DNA of 64,000 nucleotides from Basidiobolus meristosporus CBS 931.73 (lineage: Eukaryota; Fungi; Basidiobolomycota): positions 1 through 64,000 of the forward strand of contig MCFE01000183.1 of assembly GCA_002104905.1 (NCBI GenBank), given 5' to 3'. Shown one piece after another: positions 21,240-32,859 of the stretch. The position numbers and the translations under genes were made by a program. How positions within the stretch are numbered: the first letter of the stretch is position 1; the number at the start of each line of letters is the position of its first letter. Under the pieces are notes generated by a model that did no database searches, was not told the origin of the DNA, and saw only the letters and a list, made by a program, of their open reading frames with translations.

Positions 21240-24158
21240 CTATTTTAAGTGGATCCAGTTGGCCAGGACTTCCAATTGCCTTATACGGCAACAAACCTGA
21301 CGGTATTTTGACAGCCTCACAGTAAGACTATGATGGCTTTTTCTTAGCAGTATGATGGCCTGCTGCTGGTTCTGTATAATGCTACCGTACCAATTTATCA
21401 AATGGTATTTCCTTTTTCTACCTCCCCTTGTGCAATTCATATATTCCACTGTAGAATCACCTTTCTTTATTTGCTTACCCACTACTACCTTAGGTATTCC
21501 ACATATAGTTAGATTCAAAAAAAACTATGGCCTCCTGCTTACTAACCTCTACAAACATGCACACCTGCCACAATTGACATGCTTCTATCACCTCATCTTT
21601 ACAGCTTTATAGTGTGATACTTGCAAAGTTGCCATATACCTTGTACTGCTGGTAGCATATACATCTTGCAAACAAATGCTTGATTGTTGCCACTTCTGCC
21701 ATGAATACCTCCTGAATATTGGTAAAGAACTTCTTGGTATTTAGCCAATATATTCCTTCTCCTTGCTGGATTCTAGTCCCCCTTATAGGTGCGCTCTGGC
21801 TTTTGTTTGTGTGAATTTTGTATTGAATGGTGTAGAAGTTGGCTTGTGACCACAAGAAATCTGGCATATCTTGGTGGAGTTTTTGTAATAAAAATCAGTT
21901 ACTTGTTGCACCCAACCCAACTGTGCATTACTTAACTGATTACTTACGCATTGGGGCTGCTTAGCTTCTTAATGCCATAGGCATAGGTGTCTCCATGTGC
22001 ACATTTGCTATTTTCCAACTCTTTCTGGCTGTCCTCCATGTGCCTACTCATCACATCCATGACAGACGTGAAGGTAATATTCTTGATGAGATTGGGACAT
22101 GGTAGTACCTGCAACTTGACTTGTCTTCCTATCTACCCACACATCCACTCCATAAGAAACTCCCAAAAGGTGAAGCAAGGCCCAATATTCTCCACACACT
22201 GTGCAGGATGGAGTAGAGAATGGATACAGTTGCGGTAGAGATCTACGCGTTAAGCTTTATGTTTGTAGTATAGCCACTCAAATCCCATCACAAACTCCTC
22301 ACACAACAGCTGTAGATGTATGAAGTTGGCATTGGTAATCTGCTTCTGGATAAATATTCCTACAATGTACACATATGACTCCTAATGCTTCCAATGTAGT
22401 CTTGGTAGGAATGGCTTCAGAACACCACTTGAATAAATACATATCCAGTTCATCCAGTCTTTGCATTTGTATTGTTGCATATGCATATGAATATTAATTG
22501 GAGCCTGTGAGATGTACTTAGGGTAGCAGATACTCCGTAATATCTTGCCAATTTTTTCAAATTTCTCCGGTATCACAAAGGGCTCATTTAGCTTGAAATG
22601 CCCCATGTACAACTTGGTCATCAGTATAGGGATATTGTTGAAAAGCAAATGCATTGCTCCCAGTGGAAAGCTTTTGCTCCAACAGATACCCTCTATCTTA
22701 AGTATCTCTGGTTTCCAATTGATTCCATATTCTGGCCAATGGCTTATAGCTTACCAGCTTTGCTGCCATTGCATGCTTACTTCTGTACATTCTCTCTGTG
22801 TAAAGATGATGTTCTTAGTGCTGGTGTTTGGGTATTAATAATGTGTGTGAGTTATGGAGTAAATCCCCTGGATCTCACACATTTGCCAGCAATACCATCC
22901 ATTGTGCCTGGAAAAACCTGCAATCTTGCTGATGGCTGGGGTATCTCCAATGCAGAAAATAATATGCGCTTTTACACGATGGTCATTCACCGTTATCCTG
23001 CAGGAAAGCATACAAAATTCATTCAGCAATAGATACAGGTAGCCATCCAGGTCGTATGGTGATTTAGGCCCAGATACCAGTGAGACTACCATCAGATTAT
23101 TGCTCCAATACTGTAAGATGGGCAGCAGATTCAGATTGATGCAAATCAGTGGCCAGCAGGATTTGCTGGTGGAGTACTTGTTTGATGGGAATCCATCAAG
23201 TGCTAAAGCAAAGGCATGGTCATACATACCTTCAAAGTAGCCCTTGCTTCTTAGCTGTTTGCAATGTTTGCCATCTAATATATTGGATATGTTTGCGCTT
23301 GATTGATACTCAGTGCAGTATTATATAGCTATGCAATATTTGCCGGACTGCATCAGCTTCCTCAGATGGGGTATGACCAGAATATATCTGGAGTGTGAAC
23401 AATGTTTTCCCTCATTGGTGGTGGATTCCTGACAATTTGAACATGTTGCAATGGTAGCATTTTTAGATGTGAATGCCATGCAACTGTTAACACATGCTGG
23501 AATCAGGACAGTCGCTGGATCATATGTTGCCAGCTGCATGACAGTTGTCCACTTGAACCAAGTACATAGTAAGTTGCATCCCAGTATTATTTTGGCAAGA
23601 AGTAGTATTAAATCCTAAAGCCCCCATTACTGATATTAGTGGAAACGCGCCACTTCTCTAGCCACAACATTACATCATTCTCCAGTAGATGGATTACTGG
23701 GCTCACTTGGCTCCATAAAGTTTCCTTGGCATTTGTTTCAATAGGTGTTGTCTCATACATATAGGAATTTGACCGGGCTCATATGTGGTACTGTTGTTAG
23801 GGGAGATAGGCTCAAAATCCATCAGTGAACCTTCTTTGTCAGAGCTTTCACTCTGCGTGCCATATTCAGAAGGCTGAGGTGAGCCTAAAGGTGTCGCAAA
23901 CTCACCTGACTCAGTTTGCGCAAGGTGACAAAGACGGCCAGGTGCCAGTATAGAAGTATAAACTGGCCGGCAAGATAATGTTGGTACAGTAGTGACCAAT
24001 GAATGGTCAAATATGACTTGGGTGGCAAAACACTGGCCATGATCCTTATAATACTTCCTATGCTGTCTGCGTGCTTCATGGCTGAGAGGCTTGCCACAAT
24101 AGCCACATGGTCTTTTTTCTCTTCTCTTGCGGCATTGAGTCAAAGTAGTCTTGTCCAT
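21240..24158 (-). pseudogene. tnp2 / Transposase_21-type transposase, frameshifted
   Basis: N-terminal CGYCGKPLSHEARRQH; CVNSCMAFT; LALDGF...WPLICINLNLLP...GPKSPYDLDGYL...GDTPAISK...HNG..C..CEIQG; HSLLH...IGPCFTFWEF. Confidence 0.85.
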
Positions 24159-24377
24159 GGGGCAAACAGTTTGACATTCAACAACATAATGCTAGTATAT
24201 CACTTTTTGGTCAATACTCATGTGAACTTAAGACAGTCTTGTATTTGAGACATTGCACCTACATGAATGTAAGATTCAATGATGACCCGCCATAGTAAGA
24301 TTAAAAATAAAGTTATGGCACCACATACACACATATATGTAACACTATTTCCCCTTTGGTTTGACTTACTTCCATAT

Positions 24378-26417
24378 ATGTTGTCAAAAAATAAAGCAAA
24401 GTTGTCTGGTTCTCAACCAAACCCCACCACTGACGGCAACAGAAGAACGGTTGGACAAGAGCTTGCTTTGACATTCAGTGCAACAAGCTGGACTACATCC
24501 AGAAAAGGCCTTGTGGACAGTGTGCCCATTGAAGGTAATAATGCGCACTCCTCAGGCTCTCAGTCAAGTGGAGCCACAAGCTGACTGTTATGCTCAGGCA
24601 GACAAGAATGTAGCAAATGCAGTACCCTCTGTTGAAGATCAGCAAGTGGCCATGATAACATCACTACAACCCATATTAGCAAGTATGTTGTCAGCTCACA
24701 CCAAAGCATTATGAAGCTATTAGGTGCAGTGGCTGATAGGATAGATGCAATGGCCCAGAAAAATCAGGAAGTAGTCCAGAAACAGGATGAGCAGATAATA
24801 CGTGTAGAGCAATCAATATCCCAGGTAGAGAAAGCACTATCTTTGCTGCAAAGAAGGAACTCAAGTAGCTCAATGTCACAACCAAGAATTGAGCCGTTTC
24901 CCAATGTAACAGCAGAGGAACACCATACAGTCTTTGAAGCACAACAACCATGCCTAAAGATAAAGCCCACAGAAAAGCCTATCACAGCATGGGAGGGAGA
25001 CAATGTGGTGTTTATACCAAAGCCTAATAATCAAAAGACATTCAAGATCTGTGAAGCAGTTGAGTGCAATAATGAAGAGTGGGCTAATATACAAGAGGCC
25101 ATCAGAAGTCTAGCATGCCATCACCTTAAGGCCGGCATACCATGGCACCATCATGAACTCAAGGCCAAGCAGAATGCATTTGACTTGTTCCATGAGCATT
25201 ATCCTGGATTCAAACGGGCAAACAGATTTTGGGCCAGCATTGGTATGCTAAGAAAGTATCTCAAGAATAGCAGAAACTATCAAAGGCAGAAGAACAAGGG
25301 TGCTATGGTTAAAAACCAGTGGCTTCCTCAAGTGCCCATTACAAGCAGGGCCAAAAGCTCCAGACAAGCATCAAAGAGACATCAGGCAGCTGGAAGAGTG
25401 CTAATTAGGGACAAGCAGGCAGACATGGATGCACCAGCACAACATTAATCAAGGAAAAGGCATAGTACCACTTAAGAAGCACCCAGTCAAAGTAGCAGTG
25501 ATCAACCTGGCAGTGATAAAAGCCAGCCGCTTTTACAGGAGCCCGTCACAACTACAGTTGAGAGCTCAAAACAAGCTGAAAAGAAACGTCAGGTTGCCAA
25601 AAGAGTGCCAGCAAGGGACAACCAGGCCAAAACAGATGTGTCAGAGCAGAATTTATCCAGGAGAAAATGTAGTTCTTTACAAGACGTACTCAGACAAAGT
25701 AGCAGTGAAAGACCTGGCAGTGATAAAGGAAAAGGTAAAGGGAAAGATGTCTACCCAAGCCTGAGACAGGGAGGCATGCAAAAAAAACTGCAGTTCTTGC
25801 CAATTAACACTGCAAGCCAGGAGCAGACTGAATCCCATCATAGCCAAGAAGAATCACCAACAAGAAAACAGCTGTTATCACAAGAGTTGGAAGCACAGCC
25901 AGTTAAGCTACACTCCAGCAAGGTAGATGAGTTTGCTGAAAAAGGCAATTTGTGTACCACAGCCTCCATTGTTGACAGAGTGGAGATCCCACTAACAGAC
26001 AAGGCTACAATGTCAGGAGCTCAAAAGACTATCACAATGCCTTCAGTGGAGTTTTGGAACATTAGTAGGCACACCAAGAGGTAGCAGCACTTCTTCAAGA
26101 GCAGTGCTCAAGAAAACGCACTGGAATATTGCAAGGATTTATTGCAAAGACTGGCAGATGAGGAGCTAGACCTTGCAGTGCTAGCTGAAGACCAGGACGT
26201 GTGGGAACCAGTGAATGAACAGTGGCATAAAGCTGTTGGGTTCCTGCCAAAGTTGTGGAACCAGAGCATTACAGCGGAAATACTTATTGAGTGGTGGATT
26301 TTAATGGAGTTACTTGTTGAGTGTGGGGTTGGGCTTAATATTAGTGTAGGGTATAGAGACTTGTATAGGTCAATACAATTGGCAATTGAGGTACAACTGA
26401 AGTTTCAACAGAGATAA
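24378..26417 (+). pseudogene. CMC accessory ORF2 (coiled-coil, helical core, low-complexity linker, conserved C-terminal block); function unknown
   Basis: ORFs 24711-25448, 25605-26084 and 26142-26417; homologues at ~34419, ~45660, ~50800, 53479-55403 and ~58200-60235. Confidence 0.75.
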
Positions 26418-28892
26418 ATCAATTTGTACGCATGAAAAGTAAGAGAAACAGTTGAGTCAGGAAGTAAGGAGTGTGAAAAAGAGGCAATAGCCAATCAATT
26501 CACACAAACATAGGAGGCAATAGAGTGTCCAGGATCAGAAAGTGAGCAAATTGGCAGGGAACCAATCAAAAGCCACTTATACATTGTTGTGATGAGAAAT
26601 TTTGACAAAGTGTTTTGTGAAATCTGGGGTGCAATTATTTTTCAATGGTCTCTAGATGGTGTCCTGACAAGATCAGTACCTCTCAGTCACGGGACATTGA
26701 CTTTGTGACAGCCTTTTGACAGGATCATCTCAATAATTTTTCTTAGGCAAGCTCCTCTGGAAATATGTGCGAATATTACTTCAAAAGAGTCTGGGCCTTC
26801 TGGGGTACTGGAGTAGAGGAACCATCCTGTAATACTGCCATGAAGAATATCTGGGTGCCTTTTCTTAGTGCTCTACAGAACTGTGTCTTTCTAAGGTCAC
26901 TTGTTTCACACACACTGGAATTGACCAAGCTGAGATCCAGTCTGGCAGGTAATAGATCATAGGTCTTGTTGTCCCTCTGGATCTGAGTATCATGGATTCT
27001 CCAGTTGATTGAGGGATTACAATAAAATAGCCAGGTTTTCCCAAGTACAAGGTCAAACTTGCAGTTCTGAAATATATAGGCCTGTAGATCTTCTTCATTG
27101 TCACTGATCTTCATCCTAACTGGCTGAATAATACGGCTGATTATGTGAGAGTTGCCATCAGCTGTTGAGACTGAAGTTGATTCAGTGGATTCCAAGTTGA
27201 TTCCAGCTTTCAAAGCAAATTGCTCTGACATGTACTCATGCAATGCTCCTGTGTCAATCATGATTTTGGCAGATACTCCATTGATTACTCCATTCAAGTA
27301 TAATGGCTTTCCTGAGTTTGAGGTCATCTGGGATAGGTATTCCTCTGTCATATGGAAGGTGAGTTCCAAGTCTTCTTCAAGTTCATCCTCCATGTTACTA
27401 TGCTCCATGGCCTCAATATGGTTAAAGGTTCTTGATGGCTGGTGTCCATTTCTTCTCTGAGGGCAGTACTTTGCAATATGTCCCTGCTGGTGGCAATTGA
27501 AGCAAATTCCTTTCTTTGTACATTCTTCTGAGGTAGGATTCTTCTGCATAGTGTCTATTTCCATTGGCACTGCATCTGATTGTTTTCTTTCATAGTGTTT
27601 GTAGCCTTTCTGATTAGTCATTGTGGGCCTCCCAGCTCCAAACATAGCTGAGTCATAGTCAATGGCAATCTTGATGACTTCATCAATAGTCCAAGGTCTT
27701 CAATAATTCACTTACTTGCAAGTTCTTTCTTTCAACCCATCAATAAAGTATTCAACTTGATCCAGAGAGTCTATTCTTTGAAATTGACCAAGTAGACATC
27801 TATATTCATAGATGTACTCTTGGACCATTCCTTTCTGTCTGAGTGTCTTCTACTTCCTTCTTAGTAGTGTCTGTTGGTGTGGGGGCTCAAAGGCATCCTG
27901 AATTTCCTACAAAAGCTCATCCTAGGTAGAGATTGTAGAGCATCCCATCAAGGTGGCTGACCTGATCTTGTTGTGGTACCACTGTAAGCTGTGTCTGCCA
28001 TGTAAGAGGCTGCACAACGTAACTTGCTTTCTGGAGCAATTCCCTTAGCCTTGAAAGCTTTTTCAATCTGGAAAAGCCAAGTTCCCAGGTTTTCATTGAC
28101 TTTACCATGGTACTAGTTGACCTTCACACTAATGTTGATCTTGACAGGGTTTTGCTGGCTTTGGGCCATGGTAGTCATTCCTTGTTGCTGCTGGCTAAGG
28201 ATCTGGAGCAACTGTTGCTGCTGGGCCAGGATTTGTTGCATAGCATTCTTCCATTCTTGATTTTTGGACATCTTGAGGGAGGCTTTTTCTTTCTTCAGGA
28301 GGATATGTATGGTTACTGCTGCTACCAATGTTACAAGTCTTGATATAAGAGTTGTAGAGGAATAGGGAGTTTAGCTGGTATTTTATTCACTTAAACTTGA
28401 ACTGCTCTTTATTGAGATTCCAGCAGCTCCTTATATACATTTTGCCAGATCAATTGCTGACTAATTGTATTTCCTAATATAGGCTCTGCCTGATGACTCA
28501 TTTGATTGCATCATCATCCCCAATAAGATCCTACCTAATATATGTATTTCTGTCTGATAAGGATCTGCTGATTAATTTGCTAACTAATGCTACTGATTTG
28601 ATAGATAATACCAATATATTGATAACCTAAACATACAACTAATTGGTTTGACTAAAAACTGATCTAACTTAAACACTCAAGCGGCAGATGATAACAAATG
28701 TATATGTGGAGCTGCTGGACCCTCAATATAAATCAGTTCAAGTTTTAGTGAATAGAACACTAGTTGAACTCCCTATTCCTCTACAACTCTTATACCAAGA
28801 CTTGTAACAGGTGACAGTAGAACACATGATGCTAAACCTACTACCTGTAAGCTAGGCCACTGCAGAAGTACTCAGTTTCTGCTTTGACAATT

Positions 28893-31800
28893 CTAATAGT
28901 TTGGTCAGCATTCTCTAGGATTTAAAGGTGATGATCTAAGTGATTAAGCTAAGTGAGTATTCAGGTGGAATTACAGATTATTACAACACTCCCACTCTAC
29001 TAAATGTTCATACTAATTAGTCCTGATTGGGACCTAAGATATTCAAACTTGTCTCTAGTTAGCGGTTTGGTAAATATGTCTGCAATGATTTTGTCAGCAG
29101 GACAGTAAGCTAGGTTAACTAGGCTGTTCTCTATAGCTCTACATATGAAATGATATATAATATCTATATGCTGCATTCTAGCATCATAAGTTGGATATCT
29201 ACCTATTTATATACATCCTCAATTATCTTGAAATAAGGTAATAGGTGTTTTTTGACATAGGCTTAAATCTTTAAAAAGCTTCCTCAACCGCATTGCTTCT
29301 GTTATAGCTTGACAGGCTCCCATATACTCTGCCTCTGTGGTAGAAAGTGCTATGGTAGGTTGCTTTGTTGAAATTCATTAAATTGCTCCTTTACAGTCAA
29401 GAAAGGTGTATCCTGTGGTGGATTTTCTGTCTTCCAAATCTTTTCCCCACTCAAAATCAGAGTAACCCACAAGGTCCTGTTCTGAATCCTTATAACTGTA
29501 TCTTAAGCATATGCCGGCAGCTCCTCTTAGGAATCTTAAAATCCACTTAACTGCTGCAATCTGTTCAGATCCATAGGTCTGATTATACTGGCTGACAACT
29601 CCCAGTGAATATGAGATATCTTGATGTGCTCCAAGCATGATATGCATGAGACTGCCAGCCATAGAATGATAAGGCTACTTGGGGCTTTTAGATGGCAACA
29701 AACTCTCTTGATTTGGTTGAGTTTTGACCAAGGTCAGGCTTGTCTCAATCAGGGTAGCTGTGGGCTGCAGTTGTCCATTTGGTACTTCTCTAGTATATAG
29801 AGAATATACTTGGATTTGTTTTGTGTGATAGTGTGGGTACTTCTGTGTATGGAGAGCGTTGTGGTGGTGTATAAGTCCAAGGGAGAGATACGTCCAACAC
29901 TTCTCAAGTGTTTTGTGTGTGGGGTGTTCACTGGGTGCGATAACCTCTGGCAAAAGCTTGCTAGGAATACTTGGGTTCTGTCTCTAATCTAATGTGAAGG
30001 GGAATAAAGCCACAAGCTTGTTAAGGGAAAACTATTGAGCTACAATCCCCAACTTAGTTGGCGTCTTAACAAAAGTATGTGCTGGGTTCAGCGTCCTTTG
30101 AGATGACAATGTACTAAAGCTTCCAAAGTCAAAACAACTGTAAACTCCACCAGCAGGGACTTGATAAGAATGCAGCTTTGGTCAATAGTTACAAAGACAG
30201 AAAAGTATCTTTGCCTGTACAAGAACAAACTTGGGAAAGAATCAAATATAATAAAAGATACCTACTCTGAGTATTCCTCACAAGTAGTGCCTCCAAGGTC
30301 AGTTGGCTGTCAGCGCAGTTTCCTGGGAGTGTCCTGTGGTCTAGGGTTGGAAGTTCAGGTAGCAGCAGGTAGCAGTGATCACACTAATCAACAAGTCGAT
30401 ATATTGATAAAAGGGATGATGATTTATTGTTTAGGGATAGCCTCCCTTATATACTTTTCTCACTGGCTAAGTGATTACTAATCATGGTGTTCCAGAAGGT
30501 TGCGGAGATCAATAGAAATCTTAATGACATCAGAATGACCTAAGAATGTTCTAAGTAGGTGCCGGAAGGTTCTAAGAGGCACAGCACATCCAACCAATCA
30601 GGAATCAGTATTCTGAAACCTGTGTAACATGGGGATACCATATATGGTATGGAAATGGTAGGGATGGTGACACGGGCTGATCATGTGTCACGGGTACTGG
30701 CGCGGGTACTTGCCTAATATAGAAGTACTTATAGCTAGTAATCTTACATAAAGTGAGGGGTAACTTATGCAATAAGGTAAGCAGGTGTGATAGTCAACTG
30801 GCTTATGGGATAGTACTGATTGGGTAAGACAAATGGGATAAAACTAAAATAAGTGTAGTAGAGATATAGGGAAGTAGAAAATAAGGGAATGAGCACATCT
30901 GTCAGTGGGTGTCACTGTCACCCCACTACAGCGTTATCCCTAAGAAGTTACTAGCCTCTTCTAGTTTGGACATCTTGAACTCTTTGGATAGATTGGATTT
31001 AGTCTCCTCCAATGTTGCTAGGTTATTTGTGCTATAATAAGATCCTCCATATATAGAGCTAATAGAGCTGAACTTGCTCTATCTGGCTTATAGTATAAGC
31101 TTTAGTCAGCACTACTCCTTTTGAAACTCAAGGAGTCCAAATAAGAATCTATCTTGCAATTCCAGGTTTTTGGTGATTGTTTGAGACCACATAGAGACTC
31201 TTTAGGCTTGCAGACCAAACAAGGGTTATCTTGGTCAACAAGCCTCTCAGGCTGGTCCATATTCACATCCTCATCTAGTTCTTCATTCAGGATTGCAGCC
31301 TTTACATTCATTTGATATATAAAAGGTCATATTTGGCTACAACAGTCAATATTAATCTGATAGAATGAAGCATGGCTACTGGTGCCAAGATCTCCGTATA
31401 GTCAGGTTTGCTTGTATGAGAGCATCCTTTGCCCACAAGTCTTGCACTGTATCTTTCAATTGTACCATCAACCTTATACATTGTCCTAAAGATTAATCTG
31501 CATCAAATAGATTTTGGTGGATTGGTAATATGACTAAGTTCCAAGTTTTATTTTCCATTAGGCCCTGATATTCCCCAGTTGTTTCAGCTCCCCAAAACTT
31601 TGTCTGAGGGCTATTTAGAGCCTCTTTTATGGTCTGGAGTTCATCAATATGGACTGAATAGGCATAGGCTATGTTAGCACCCTCAGTGATTAATAATTTG
31701 GGAATATTCTTGTCAGGTTGGATCTCCAGGCATTTGATACTAGAATGTTCATTTCTGTAATATTTCTGTGCACTGCTGCAGGCTTGACTACAGTTGTAGA

Positions 31801-32815
31801 GTCCTCTGGAGCTGAAAACATTCCATTGCTTTGCTCAAATTTATTCCTAAAAATTGGTGGAGTTGAGATCAGATTTTTGTAATCATATATATCTTTGGCG
31901 GAATATCTGTCAATGCCAATATGTTTGATGGAGCCTCTTGTACAAAGTCTTTAATGATTTGATCCTGACAATTAGTGAACTTGAGATCAAATTTCTGTCA
32001 TCATCTGATGTTATTTTTGGTGAAAATTTTGAAATTTCATTAAACAACTCATTCCTGGTCTTCATCAGCTTCTTTGCTTTGGTATTGTAGAGTCTGAATG
32101 CTCTCAAACATTGCAGTATCCCAACAATATGCATTTAACACTTTTTGGCTCAAATTTTGAGTGATTTCCAGGCAGTTTCTTGGCACATGCTACACACCTA
32201 GATATTCTTGAGTGTTCTGCACTTGGTCTGTACCTATACCATGCTTGACATCAAGTAGAGGCATGAGCTATTCTGTTTTAGCTCCTGGTTTAATGTGTAT
32301 AGCTGTAGCAACTGATTCAGCCCATAAATTATAGGATAACATTTAATCATGGATCCTAGATCTTGCCATATCAACTCTTGGAATGTTTGCCCATTCTGCT
32401 ACTCCATTCCGCAGTGGGGAGTATGGTACATTTGTCTCTTGCCTTGTCCCATCATTGTTGCCAGAGTCAATGAAGCATTTTGAGGTATATTCTCCTATCA
32501 AACACTTCATCTCACCTATGGATAAATTTGGTCTAGGTCCACTCATGTATCAGTGATTAGATTTCATTTTTCTTAGTTTTGACTAACCCATAGCTCTTGA
32601 AGGGTTGTCCAGCTTGTTTCCCATATATGCAGGCTTCTCAGTGCTCTAAATTAGCTGGGGGAGCAATTTTTACATCAGAAATTAGCTGATCTTTGATCAT
32701 TTGGGCAAAAAATCAAAACTGATGTATCCAATTCTTCTGTGCCAAAGTGTTGGTGCTTTTTCATTCATTAGCTTCCAGATATGATGGAATATAAGTCAAC
32801 TTGCATAGATTCTGA
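28893..32815 (-). mobile_element. pol: Ty1/copia element copy 5, degenerate (partial 3' LTR 28893-28988, RH, RT, IN), with nested LTR-A
   Basis: PPT CTCCCACTCT at 28989; RH/RT ORFs 29378-29662 and 31102-31311; IN remnants 31910-32546. Confidence 0.85.
29860..30930 (-). mobile_element. Solo LTR family A, copy 2 (1071 bp), TSD GCGT
   Basis: GCGT at 29856-29859 and 30931-30934; highly similar to 3290-4359. Confidence 0.92.
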
Positions 32816-32859
32816 TGTACATGGTGAGTTTCATCCTATAATGAACTTAGCAACAGGCA

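Larger units (their letters stand above)
20996..26748 (-). mobile_element. CACTA/EnSpm (CMC)-like DNA transposon CMC-1, apparently full length (~5.75 kb)
   Basis: Termini CCCCTATGAAAAATAA / ATTTTTCTTAGG(C); 3-4 bp duplication (AAG or CAAG) against the empty site TTACAAGCTCATC in G1; two divergent coding regions. Confidence 0.85.
16943..28696 (-). mobile_element. gag-pol: Ty3/gypsy element G2 (older), TSD AATG, carrying nested LTR-B and CMC-1
   Basis: LTRs 16943-17310 and 28329-28696 (roughly 90% identical by eye); AATG at 16939-16942 and 28697-28700; gag/PR 26749-28328; RT/RH 19950-20995 with an RT deletion; IN 17303-18733. Confidence 0.92.
16684..28809 (+). repeat. Solo LTR-G (16684-16942 plus 28701-28809 = 368 bp), TSD GGTG, split by gypsy G2
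   Basis: GGTG at 16680-16683 and 28810-28813; the two halves reconstitute the family LTR. Confidence 0.88.
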
